Of a stretch of DNA of 64,000 bases, positions 25,721-34,098 are shown one piece after another. Position 1 is the first letter of the stretch, and every line of letters begins with the position of its first letter. The notes beneath the pieces are model-generated. The model ran no database searches and was not told where the DNA came from. It was given only the letters and a program-made list of their open reading frames with translations. The stretch spans positions 35,018 through 99,017 of the forward strand of contig JAGOQE010000002.1 of NCBI GenBank assembly GCA_017991635.1, given 5' to 3'. Both the position numbers and the translations under genes were made by a program. Origin of the DNA: Minisyncoccota bacterium (lineage in GTDB: Bacteria > Patescibacteriota > Minisyncoccia > Phycocordibacterales > Phycocordibacteraceae).

Positions 25721-26035
25721 TCATTGCAGTGTCTTAAATTTTGTCGGATCAAGACCCGCAAGAACATTTATGGTGTGTTCACCAGGCACGGGCTCTGTGG
25801 GCACGTGAATCAATGCACACTCAGGAGAGAGACAGACGCCATCGCGTAGTTGCGTCAGGCACATAATGGCTCTCTCAAGCATCTCAGTAATGGCGAGAGT
25901 TGAAGCACTTTGAAGGAGGGACTTCTTTGTGCTTGTAATCACTCCGTCATAGATGACGGCACCGAAGCTTGACCCTTCAAATTCAAAGTCAAGAATCCAC
26001 GAGCCAGGTTGGTTCGGAAACAACAGGTCGTTCAT
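25721..26035 (-). CDS. Hypothetical protein (104 aa), downstream of truB on the same strand
   Basis: Host-like composition; no motif recognised. Confidence 0.45.
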   Translation of the reverse strand: MNDLLFPNQPGSWILDFEFEGSSFGAVIYDGVITSTKKSLLQSASTLAITEMLERAIMCLTQLRDGVCLSPECALIHVPTEPVPGEHTINVLAGLDPTKFKTLQ

Positions 26036-26071
26036 GGGTGTCTCCCAAGCAACGTCTAGAAAAACTCTACC

Positions 26072-26881
26072 CTAGGAAAAGCGCTTAAGCCAGAGACGAA
26101 GAAGGGGGAAGTATCTACCAATAGTTGTGCGGTGAATAGAGAGAGCGAGCCCGTTCGTGGCAAGGTTCTCTCCTATTCTTCCTGAAAGCGAACGCATGTA
26201 CGCTCCACTTCCTGAAATTACCCGTATACGAAGAACGGTAAAAGATTCCTGCGACGTAGTGGCAAAAAGTTCATCCCATGACTTCGTGATGGCATCAATT
26301 CTAAAATCGGCACCCAAATGTTTTGAAGGCTCGGTTGTCCGTGGTGTCTTATCCAAATGTTCACGTACACGCTCCATAAGCTCAGCCTTGGTGTAGGTAT
26401 TTCGCTCAATGAGACGAATAGCATAGAAGGCTTCTTGGTGTGTGGGGATGGTGATGTTTGCGAGCGTGCCTTCAAGTGCGTGTAGGAATAATGGCTTACC
26501 TGAAACAGTCTTGGAAGAAAATGCGGGGTAGGGAACTGCATGCACTCCTACAAGTGGTGTGAGCGCTTTGCGAATCTCATCGTCTGACACTGTCACGCCC
26601 TTTCCTTCGTGTGGAAGTCCAAGCACGTCCCCAGTATCGCTCCCGACACCAAGCAGTACTTCTACAATGTATTCCTTATCAAGCTTGGTGAAGTGGCGCT
26701 GGCGCTTGCACGTGTCTCCTACAAGTACGAGAAGCTTCCCGCTTGCCATAGGGTCAAGCCGTCCTGCGTAGGAGAGGCGTGTATCGTCAGGCATGGCGTG
26801 CTTCTCTTTAAGCTTCGTTACTACTTCAAGGGGCGTCTGGCCGACTTCTTTTTCAGCGATGACATAGGGAGGAAGGTTCAT
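26072..26881 (-). CDS. truB: tRNA pseudouridine synthase (TruB-like)
   Basis: Catalytic-Asp motif GRLDPMASG, 269 aa, PUA-less short form. Confidence 0.75.
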   Translation of the reverse strand: MNLPPYVIAEKEVGQTPLEVVTKLKEKHAMPDDTRLSYAGRLDPMASGKLLVLVGDTCKRQRHFTKLDKEYIVEVLLGVGSDTGDVLGLPHEGKGVTVSDDEIRKALTPLVGVHAVPYPAFSSKTVSGKPLFLHALEGTLANITIPTHQEAFYAIRLIERNTYTKAELMERVREHLDKTPRTTEPSKHLGADFRIDAITKSWDELFATTSQESFTVLRIRVISGSGAYMRSLSGRIGENLATNGLALSIHRTTIGRYFPLLRLWLKRFS

Positions 26882-26916
26882 AGGTTCACAGTACGTGCTT
26901 TGTATGAAAAGGAAAA

Positions 26917-26949
26917 GGCCGGTTTGAAAGCTGTGCTTTCAAACCGGCC
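26917..26949 (-). terminator. Intrinsic terminator of the small GC-rich gene (minus strand)
   Basis: Perfect 15-bp stem ggccggtttgaaagc / gctttcaaaccggcc with a 3-nt loop, followed on the minus strand by TTTTCCTTTTC. It ends 35 nt before the truB ATG. Confidence 0.65.
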
Positions 26950-26974
26950 CTGTCGTGTGTCCTGACTTCGGCGC

Positions 26975-27277
26975 TTACTGCACCGTCGCCGGGACTCCCA
27001 GATGACGCTTGATGCGGTCGGCGAGCGTTCTGGACTCACGAGCGATGCCCGTGTAGTGGCAGAACTTGCCGACCTTGGTGATCTCGACCTTGCCGTCCTT
27101 GTGGACGATGTCGAGCGTGCCGCCGTAGACTTCCTGCAGGGCCTCGTAGGCCGAAACGGGAATGGCGCCGGCGCGGTCGGGCATCCAGGCCTTTATGGGA
27201 AGCTCGACCCCCTTGGAGGTGAGTCCCGTAGCCGGCGGCTTCTGGACGACGGCTTCAAAGTCGATATTGCTGGCCAT
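26975..27277 (-). CDS. Hypothetical small protein (100 aa) encoded by a GC-rich ORF
   Basis: AGGGGG SD 6 nt upstream of the ATG. G/C-dominated third codon positions like the 24529..25596 gene. No family recognised. Confidence 0.55.
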   Translation of the reverse strand: MASNIDFEAVVQKPPATGLTSKGVELPIKAWMPDRAGAIPVSAYEALQEVYGGTLDIVHKDGKVEITKVGKFCHYTGIARESRTLADRIKRHLGVPATVQ

Positions 27278-27359
27278 GTGGCCCCCTGTTGAGTGGTTTT
27301 TGAGTTTACTAAAACACCATCATTGGAGCGCACCTTATACTCGATGTGCTTCCTTTACT

Positions 27360-27368
27360 ATTATACCA
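27360..27368 (-). promoter_or_regulatory. Extended -10 promoter element TGgTATAAT (minus strand) for the small GC-rich gene
   Basis: A perfect TATAAT hexamer preceded by TGn on the minus strand, about 83 nt upstream of the ATG at 27277. The surrounding sequence is AT-rich. Confidence 0.45.
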
Positions 27369-27385
27369 TAATTATGAAAAAAGCG

Positions 27386-27421
27386 AAAGGACGGCAACCG
27401 GGGTTAATCGGGCCGTCCTTT
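27386..27421 (-). terminator. Intrinsic terminator of the 27429..27857 gene (minus strand)
   Basis: 10-bp stem aaaggacggc / gccgtccttt, with an inner extension, followed on the minus strand by CGCTTTTTTC. Confidence 0.6.
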
Positions 27422-27428
27422 GCATAGG

Positions 27429-27857
27429 CTAGAAAAGCATTACGCGTTGCCCGCTCTTCTCCTCGCCAAAGAGGCTTGGATCAAGAAGCGTGCGTGACGT
27501 GACTGATTCTGGCGCAGGTGCTCTACGTTGTCTGGCGTAGTGCGCTCTGTTTGAAAACAGTTTGCTCACCGCGGAACTATAGGCATCAAACCTGACGCTG
27601 TCGTTCCTGCACTGCTGAGGCAGGAGTCGAAGCAGCGTTTCGCGCTTGGCCGTGTAGAAACTCTTCGGCCGGCGTCTGTGCTTCGTGTACCAGTGAACAC
27701 CGACAGCGTTCGCGAGTGTGCGAAGCATGTCTGGATCAAGTGTGGCACCCAAAACGACACGCTTATCTTTTCCGCGACCTACTGTGTGATCGCTACTAGC
27801 ATATGCAATTCCCTTGGCCACATCGGCCGTGGAGAAATGCAGAAATGAACTCTCCAA
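27429..27857 (-). CDS. Hypothetical Arg-rich protein (142 aa), TTG start
   Basis: TTG start with an AGGAGG SD 7 nt upstream. Consensus-like promoter upstream and terminator downstream. No family recognised (contains HWYTKHRRRP). Confidence 0.5.
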   Translation of the reverse strand: MESSFLHFSTADVAKGIAYASSDHTVGRGKDKRVVLGATLDPDMLRTLANAVGVHWYTKHRRRPKSFYTAKRETLLRLLPQQCRNDSVRFDAYSSAVSKLFSNRAHYARQRRAPAPESVTSRTLLDPSLFGEEKSGQRVMLF

Positions 27858-27908
27858 CGACGCCTCCTATGGCTACAGGGAAACAAGTATCAATGTTCTT
27901 TGCTCTAA

Positions 27909-27936
27909 ATTCTAGTATATAACTTAGACTTGTCAA
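27909..27936 (-). promoter_or_regulatory. Sigma70-like promoter TTGACA-N16-TAGAAT (minus strand) for the 27429..27857 gene
   Basis: Perfect -35 TTGACA (27931-27936, overlapping the yqeY stop) and -10 TAGAAT (27909-27914). Confidence 0.45.
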
Positions 27937-28388
27937 GCAAGAAGCTTATCAACAACTGCTTTAACGGTTGCACCGTCTGCCTTTCCTTTAAGTTCTTGCA
28001 TAACTGCACTCATAAAACGCCCTGTATCTTTTTTGTCGGTGATACCAAGTTCAGCTTTCTTAGCCTCTGCAATAGGGAAGACCTCTTCCTCGCTCATGAG
28101 TGTGGGGAGATATGCCTCAAGTAGAGCGAGCTCTTCCTTCTCGGGAACTGCAAGCTCATGGCGTCCTGCATTTTCAAACTGTTCTATTGAATCTTTACGC
28201 TGACTTGCGGCACGCTTGATTACAGCAAGCGCTTCCTCATCAGTGAGAAACTCATCGGGCTTGCGCTTCTTTGAGACAACCTCATTCGTCATCATCGTTG
28301 AAAGGGAGCGAAGGGTACGGAGGCGAATGCCGTCACGCGCTTTTAATGCTTCTGGGATACCTTGTTTGATTGATTCGTGTAGCGTCAT
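27933..28388 (-). CDS. GatB/YqeY domain protein
   Basis: About 151 aa of YqeY-like sequence (MTLHESIKQGIPEALKARD...). Start moved to the internal ATG. Confidence 0.7.
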   Translation of the reverse strand: MTLHESIKQGIPEALKARDGIRLRTLRSLSTMMTNEVVSKKRKPDEFLTDEEALAVIKRAASQRKDSIEQFENAGRHELAVPEKEELALLEAYLPTLMSEEEVFPIAEAKKAELGITDKKDTGRFMSAVMQELKGKADGATVKAVVDKLLA

Positions 28389-28427
28389 AGTGAGGTAATC
28401 GTACCACGGCTGATATACTAGCTCTAT

Positions 28428-31112
28428 ATGGATTCCCTGTGGCACTCGTTGAGTGAAGTTGAAACTGCAAATCAACTCAGTACCGATTTAGAGAAGGGAC
28501 TTACGACCCTTGAGGCGGAGCTTCGTCTTAAAGAAGGCACGAACGGTCTCCCAGAGGGAAAGAAAGATACGCTCTTTCTACGTATTCTTAGACAATTTAA
28601 AAGTCCTATTGCTCTCGTTCTCATTCTTGCAGCGCTCGCAACACTTTTCATAAGTCACGTGACTGACGCTGTGGTTATTGCGGTCGCCCTTCTTGTGAAC
28701 GTAATCATCGGCGTCTTTCAGGAGGGAAGGGCAGGCAATGCCTTTAAGAAGCTCAAGGAAAGCTCTGCATCTTTTGCTGTAGTTATCCGCGACGGTAAGA
28801 AGAAAGAGGTGCAAAGCAGGGATGTGGTGCCAGGTGATGTTGTTGTGCTCATGCTTGGTACAAAGGTACCCGCTGATGTCCGGCTCACGGAAGCGCACGG
28901 ACTCTCGCTTCAAGAGGCACAACTAACGGGTGAATGGGTACCGTCAGAGAAGGGAGAGAATGCTGTTCATGCTGAGGCACCACTCGCCGAGCGCAGTTCA
29001 ATGGCGTATGCAGGCTCACTCGTTTCTTCTGGAACTGGACAGGGAATCGTCGTTGCTACAGGTACGAAGACTGAAATTGGTGCTATTGCTAAGGCACTTC
29101 TCACCAGCCAAGAAAGTGAAACACCATTACAGAAAGACTTGGCGAAGATTGCAAACCTTCTTCTCTTCATTAGTGTCATCACGCTTGTTGTTATTTCAGC
29201 ACTCGCACTCATACGTGGAGTGTCGCTTGCTGACACAATGCTCATCGCGATTTCTATTGCCGTGTCGTCTATTCCTGAAGGGTTGCCTGCTGCAGTGACG
29301 GTAGTGCTCGCTCTTGGTATGGAGCGTATTTTGAAATCAGGAGGGCTCGTGCGTTCACTTGTCGCTGCTGAAACTCTGGGTGCGACGAGTGTCATTCTGA
29401 CAGACAAAACAGGAACACTAACTGAAGGCTCGATGCGCGTGTCGGGCGTCATCACGCTTTCTGGAACCACTGAAGAGGTGGCGAGCGAACAAGCTAAAGG
29501 AATTCTTCGAGCAGCACTTCTTGCTACAGAGGGATACCTTGAAGAAAAGGATGGACCTTCACCCGAGGGTGAGACGGTAGTGGCGCACGGTCGACCGGTG
29601 GAACAGGCAGTCATGTTGGCCGCACTTCGTGCTGGAATGTCTGAGAGCGAGTTCCGCGGAAAGTTTCCAAAAATTGACCTTATTCCATTTGCGTCTGAAC
29701 GCCGGTTTGGCGGTTCTCTCGTGCGGGAGGGCGATACGCACATGCTCTATGTCACCGGAGCACCTGAACTACTACTCTCACGCGCCGTGTGCACTAAAGG
29801 GGAAGCGTGTCGCGCACTCGTGAAGGCAGAACATGACGTACTCAATGAGGCGTTGGTGCGTGCTGCTCGTGAGGGAATGCGAGTGCTTGCTGTTGGAGAG
29901 CGCTCGTGGAGAGAACCTGACTTGCCTGAAGGCGAAGAAGAGCGTGATCAATTATTGTCTGAAGTGCACGTTCTCGGGCTTCTCTTGCTCTCAGACCCAA
30001 TTCGCAGTGAGGCACGTCAGGCGGTCGTGAGTATGCAGGAGGCAGGTGCTCGCGTGATTATGCTTACGGGTGACAATCCAGAAACTGCGCTTTGGGCCGC
30101 GCGTCTCACCAACATTGCTCAGGAAGGCGACACTGCGCTTACCGGTGTGGAGATACAGAACCTCTCAGATGAGATGTTGCTTGAAGCACTGCGCACGAAG
30201 AGCGTATTTGCGCGCGTGGCACCTGCCGATAAGATGCGCATTGCGCGTGTTTTGGAGGATGCGGGTGAAGTTGTTGCTATGACTGGAGACGGTGTGAATG
30301 ATGCGCCAGCGCTTCAACAGGCATCTATTGGCGTTGCGCTTGGAAGTGGTACTGATGTCGCAAAGGAAGCTGCTGACATTGTGCTTCTGACAGATAGTTT
30401 CTCCGTAATTACTGTCGCAATCTCAGAGGGGAGACGGCTTCGCGACAATATTAAGAAGATTTTTGTGTACATGCTCTCCACAAACTTTAGCGAGACATTT
30501 CTCATTACCGTTGCACTCTTCTTTGGACTTCCGCTTCCAATTCTTCCAACGCAGATTCTTTGGGCGAATCTTATTGAAGGAGGACTCATGAACGTTGCTC
30601 TTGCCTTTGAGCCCTTGTACCCATCAGCAATGCGTCGCTCGCCCAAGGATGATGAAAATGCCCACGTTATCTCAAAGAATGTACTTAAGCTTATTATCGT
30701 CATTGGTCTTCTTACCGGCCTGCTCTTACTCTCACTCTACTTAGTTCTTCTTGGTATTGAGTTGCCTGAAGGGGAGCTTCAAACAGCAATGTTTGTCGCA
30801 CTCTCACTCTCTTCAGTCTTTGGCGCTTTCTCTATGAAGAGCTTTGGAACACCGCTCTGGCGTCTTAATCCAAAAGGAAATCCGTTTCTTTTGATTTCAC
30901 TTCTCGTGAGTTTCCTCATGCTCGGTGTGGCGCTCTTCGTGCCTCAGGTGTCCATGATTATCAAAACCGTACCGCTTCATGGAGTAACGCTTGCTGCGCT
31001 TGCGGTCGTTGGAGTTCTCAACCTCATCATTATTGAGACGGTTAAGTATCTGCTCTACATTCGTCCTGAGGAAAAGAGAAAGGGCAGGGAAGGTGGTGAA
31101 CCTGTATACTAA
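28428..31112 (+). CDS. P2-type cation-transporting P-type ATPase (Ca2+/Mg2+-like)
   Basis: DKTGTLT phosphorylation motif, TGDGVNDAPAL, PEGLPA in M4, ten TM helices, 894 aa. Confidence 0.88.
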   Translation: MDSLWHSLSEVETANQLSTDLEKGLTTLEAELRLKEGTNGLPEGKKDTLFLRILRQFKSPIALVLILAALATLFISHVTDAVVIAVALLVNVIIGVFQEGRAGNAFKKLKESSASFAVVIRDGKKKEVQSRDVVPGDVVVLMLGTKVPADVRLTEAHGLSLQEAQLTGEWVPSEKGENAVHAEAPLAERSSMAYAGSLVSSGTGQGIVVATGTKTEIGAIAKALLTSQESETPLQKDLAKIANLLLFISVITLVVISALALIRGVSLADTMLIAISIAVSSIPEGLPAAVTVVLALGMERILKSGGLVRSLVAAETLGATSVILTDKTGTLTEGSMRVSGVITLSGTTEEVASEQAKGILRAALLATEGYLEEKDGPSPEGETVVAHGRPVEQAVMLAALRAGMSESEFRGKFPKIDLIPFASERRFGGSLVREGDTHMLYVTGAPELLLSRAVCTKGEACRALVKAEHDVLNEALVRAAREGMRVLAVGERSWREPDLPEGEEERDQLLSEVHVLGLLLLSDPIRSEARQAVVSMQEAGARVIMLTGDNPETALWAARLTNIAQEGDTALTGVEIQNLSDEMLLEALRTKSVFARVAPADKMRIARVLEDAGEVVAMTGDGVNDAPALQQASIGVALGSGTDVAKEAADIVLLTDSFSVITVAISEGRRLRDNIKKIFVYMLSTNFSETFLITVALFFGLPLPILPTQILWANLIEGGLMNVALAFEPLYPSAMRRSPKDDENAHVISKNVLKLIIVIGLLTGLLLLSLYLVLLGIELPEGELQTAMFVALSLSSVFGAFSMKSFGTPLWRLNPKGNPFLLISLLVSFLMLGVALFVPQVSMIIKTVPLHGVTLAALAVVGVLNLIIIETVKYLLYIRPEEKRKGREGGEPVY

Positions 31113-31118
31113 AGCCAT

Positions 31119-32171
31119 ATGGAAGTCTTGCTCATCATTGGTCTTGTTGTCGTAGTTCTGTTGCAGGGTATTGGTATCTTTGTGTTTTTGAAGGGAAGAC
31201 AGGCCCCAAAGGAAGACGGCACGGGGTTAGTGTTGATTCAAAAGCAAATGGAGAATCTTGAACGTTCTCTTGATACGCGTATGGCTGACTCATCTCGTCA
31301 GATGCACGAGACGATGCGTAGTCAGGTTGGAGAATCTACTCGTTTGATTAGAGAGATTACTGAGGAAATTACTTCAGTAAAGGAAATCAGTAGGCAGACT
31401 GGTGAATTTGCAAAGGAACTGCAGTCACTTTCTGACGTGCTTAAAAATCCAAAGCAACGTGGAGTACTTGGTGAGTACTATCTTGAGACGGTGCTTAAAA
31501 ATGTGCTTGCTCCAGGTATGTATCAGATTCAGTATCCGTTCAAAAACGGAGAGATTGTGGATGCGGCAGTCTTTGTGAATGATAAAATCGTACCGATTGA
31601 CTCAAAGTTCTCTCTTGAAAATTACAATCGCTTCATTCATGCAAAGGAGCCTGCAGAGAAGATTGCTCTAGAGAAGGCATTCGTGAATGACCTTAAGATG
31701 CGTATCACAGAAACGGCAAAATACATTCGACCAGAGGAAGGGACTATGGACTTCGCTTTCATGTTTATTCCTTCAGAGGGTATCTACTATGACCTTCTTG
31801 TAAATCAGGTGGGAGCCGGAGAGGACGAGAACCTTATCCAACGAGCAGCAAGTAAGTACAAGGTCATCATCGTGTCACCGACATCATTTCTTGCGTACTT
31901 GCAGACCGTGCTTCAGGGACTTCGCGCTCTTTCAATTGAGCAGAAGGCTGTTGAAATTCAAAAGCGTGTGGGAGAGCTTGGTAAGCACGTGGCAAGTTAC
32001 GAGACGTACTACAAGAAGCTCGGTACTGCTCTTGGTACTGCTGTCTCGCACTACAACACAGGCTATAAGGAACTCGGAAAGATTGATAAGGATGTGTATC
32101 GTATCAGCGAAGAAAAGATTGGAATTGAAGCGGAACTACTCGAGAAGCCATCTGAGGATGATGACGATTAG
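31119..32171 (+). CDS. rmuC: DNA recombination protein RmuC
   Basis: N-terminal TM, coiled-coil and a conserved RmuC C-terminal region. Confidence 0.75.
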   Translation: MEVLLIIGLVVVVLLQGIGIFVFLKGRQAPKEDGTGLVLIQKQMENLERSLDTRMADSSRQMHETMRSQVGESTRLIREITEEITSVKEISRQTGEFAKELQSLSDVLKNPKQRGVLGEYYLETVLKNVLAPGMYQIQYPFKNGEIVDAAVFVNDKIVPIDSKFSLENYNRFIHAKEPAEKIALEKAFVNDLKMRITETAKYIRPEEGTMDFAFMFIPSEGIYYDLLVNQVGAGEDENLIQRAASKYKVIIVSPTSFLAYLQTVLQGLRALSIEQKAVEIQKRVGELGKHVASYETYYKKLGTALGTAVSHYNTGYKELGKIDKDVYRISEEKIGIEAELLEKPSEDDDD

Positions 32172-32181
32172 ATAAAGCAAT

Positions 32182-32204
32182 CGCCCGAGCTTGTGACTCG
32201 GGCG
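32182..32204. terminator. Bidirectional terminator hairpin between rmuC and the convergent 32211..32495 gene
   Basis: 8-bp stem cgcccgag / ctcgggcg with a 7-nt loop; T-rich flank on the minus strand. Confidence 0.45.
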
Positions 32205-32210
32205 TGCGCT

Positions 32211-32495
32211 TCAGTTCTTCTGAAAGAGCGGAAGCCTTAAGAGGTCGAGCGGGATGTCTTTACGCTCCACCGATTCATAGGGGTGGTGTGCAGGTGTATT
32301 GAGAAGCTTGCGATCGCAGGCAATGAGACCAGTTTTGGTCTTGCCGATACGATATTCAAAGTCGAATATCGTTACGACACGATAGCTCATGCCCACTTCT
32401 TTCCCGTCGATGACGAGGGTAATGCTTTCAGACGATGATTGGTCGCCCATAGAGGCCTCCCTAGGTACAAGTTGATACTCATAAGACATTCCCAC
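32211..32495 (-). CDS. Hypothetical protein (94 aa)
   Basis: GGTGGGA SD upstream; no motif recognised. Confidence 0.4.
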   Translation of the reverse strand: MGMSYEYQLVPREASMGDQSSSESITLVIDGKEVGMSYRVVTIFDFEYRIGKTKTGLIACDRKLLNTPAHHPYESVERKDIPLDLLRLPLFQKN

Positions 32496-32574
32496 CTTTC
32501 AGGAGTCATTGCAAGAGGGCAGGTACGCTCATTTAGGTGTATAGTCTTCAAAGAAACAGCACAGGGGACTAGTC

Positions 32575-32775
32575 ATGGAAGCCGCATTATTCTGGCTCGG
32601 ACTACTTAGCCTTCTTGGAGCCCTCGTGTCCTTTGTGGCGGGGATTTCCGAGAGGGTAATGGGAAGACCTTCACTTTGGCACTTCATTTCAGCTGTAAGC
32701 CTGTTCATCACCTTCGTACTCATGTTTGGCGAACTCTATCTTCGGAGCGTCCTCGCCATCTCATTTCCGCTCTAA
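32575..32775 (+). CDS. Hypothetical small membrane protein (66 aa, two TM)
   Basis: AGGGGAC SD. Followed by a hairpin gccaccc...gggtggc plus T-tract around 32810-32850. Confidence 0.4.
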   Translation: MEAALFWLGLLSLLGALVSFVAGISERVMGRPSLWHFISAVSLFITFVLMFGELYLRSVLAISFPL

Positions 32776-32874
32776 GTGCCCCAAAGGCCAAAAGGGCCCA
32801 TATAAGCGACTTCGCCACCCTGAGAACTCGGGGTGGCTTGCTTTTTAGGGCTGAAATAGTAAGATGTGGGGATT

Positions 32875-33192
32875 ATGGAATACGCCGTTATAAAGACTGG
32901 TGGAAAGCAATATGTCGTTGCCCCTGGCGACCTTGTTACCATCGAGAAGATGAAAGATGAGCACAAGAAGGGTGATGCGGTAGTTTTTGATACCGTTCTT
33001 CTTGTTGATAACGGCAAGGACACTACTATTGGAGCTCCAGCTATCAAGGGAGCAAAGGTTACAGGAACCGTCTACTCTGTAGGACGCGCAAAGAAGATTG
33101 AGGTGGTGAAGTACAAGGCAAAGAGCCGATACCTCAAGCGAAACGGACACCGTCAGCCTTTCGTTAAAGTAACGATTGATTCAATCTCCTAA
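32875..33192 (+). CDS. rplU: 50S ribosomal protein L21
   Basis: MEYAVIKTGGKQYVV...; characteristic L21. Start at internal Met4 of the track ORF. Confidence 0.9.
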   Translation: MEYAVIKTGGKQYVVAPGDLVTIEKMKDEHKKGDAVVFDTVLLVDNGKDTTIGAPAIKGAKVTGTVYSVGRAKKIEVVKYKAKSRYLKRNGHRQPFVKVTIDSIS

Positions 33193-33244
33193 ACAAACAC
33201 TCCCGAAAGGGAGTTTTTGCTATCTCGCGGGATATACTTTTTGC

Positions 33245-33499
33245 ATGGATACACTAATTTTCTTATTGCTCCTGCTCGGTCCGTCACTGCTCATACTCTT
33301 CATGCTGTATGACAGCTCTACTCGTAAGAGTGTAAACAGTAAGTTTGTAGAAAAGTCACGCAAGGTAGTAAGAGTTCTTTCGATACTCCTGTTTGTCGCA
33401 ATGGCACTCACAATTCTGTACTTCCTTATTAAGGACAACAGCCTCTCAAGCTTCCCATTCTTTGCCCAGTTAGGACAGATGCTACCTCCAAGTAATTAG
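33245..33499 (+). CDS. Hypothetical small membrane protein
   Basis: Two TM helices; start at internal MDTLIFLLLL. Preceded by a short GAAA-loop hairpin plus T-tract after rplU. Confidence 0.35.
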   Translation: MDTLIFLLLLLGPSLLILFMLYDSSTRKSVNSKFVEKSRKVVRVLSILLFVAMALTILYFLIKDNSLSSFPFFAQLGQMLPPSN

Positions 33500-34095
33500 G
33501 TTTCCTTACGATTTTGAAATGCAGCCTGGAGCGTTTCCTTGTCGGAGTACTCAAGCTCGCTCCCTGTAGAAAGACCGCGTCCAAGCGTGGTGAGTTTTAG
33601 GTGGGGAGTAAGAGGTGCAAGGGTGCGCCTAAGGTGATCGGTCGTGTGCTCTCCTTCGGCCGTTGCTGAAAGGGCAAGAATAATTTCAGAGAGGCCCTTG
33701 TCCTTGTAGTGCTCGATTGCCTTTAAAAGAGCGTCCTCTCGAATAGCCCCTTTCCCAGAAAGGGTAAGCGCGCCCCCGAGGACGAGGTAGCGTCCCTTAT
33801 AGGTGCCCGAGCGTTCAAGGGCTTCAAGGTCCTGATCTTTCTCAACTACCATCAAGAGTGTGTTCTCTCGGTGTGTGTCGCTACAGTACGCACAGAGTGC
33901 CGTTTTAGCTCCTGAGAAGCGTTTACAGAGCGTACACTGACCTATCTCTCCCTGAAGTTTAGTAATGAGTGAGGCGAGCTTATCGCGTTCACTCGGAGGT
34001 ACATTCAAAAGGTGATAGACAAAACGTTTGGCCTGACGAGGTCCAATTCCTGGGAAGCGTGCAAAGGCTGAGGCGAGTTCGGAAATGCTATCCAT
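33496..34095 (-). CDS. recR: Recombination protein RecR
   Basis: HhH N-terminus, C4 zinc finger CTLCKRFSGAKTALCAYC, Toprim domain. Confidence 0.9.
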   Translation of the reverse strand: MDSISELASAFARFPGIGPRQAKRFVYHLLNVPPSERDKLASLITKLQGEIGQCTLCKRFSGAKTALCAYCSDTHRENTLLMVVEKDQDLEALERSGTYKGRYLVLGGALTLSGKGAIREDALLKAIEHYKDKGLSEIILALSATAEGEHTTDHLRRTLAPLTPHLKLTTLGRGLSTGSELEYSDKETLQAAFQNRKET

Positions 34096-34098
34096 AGA

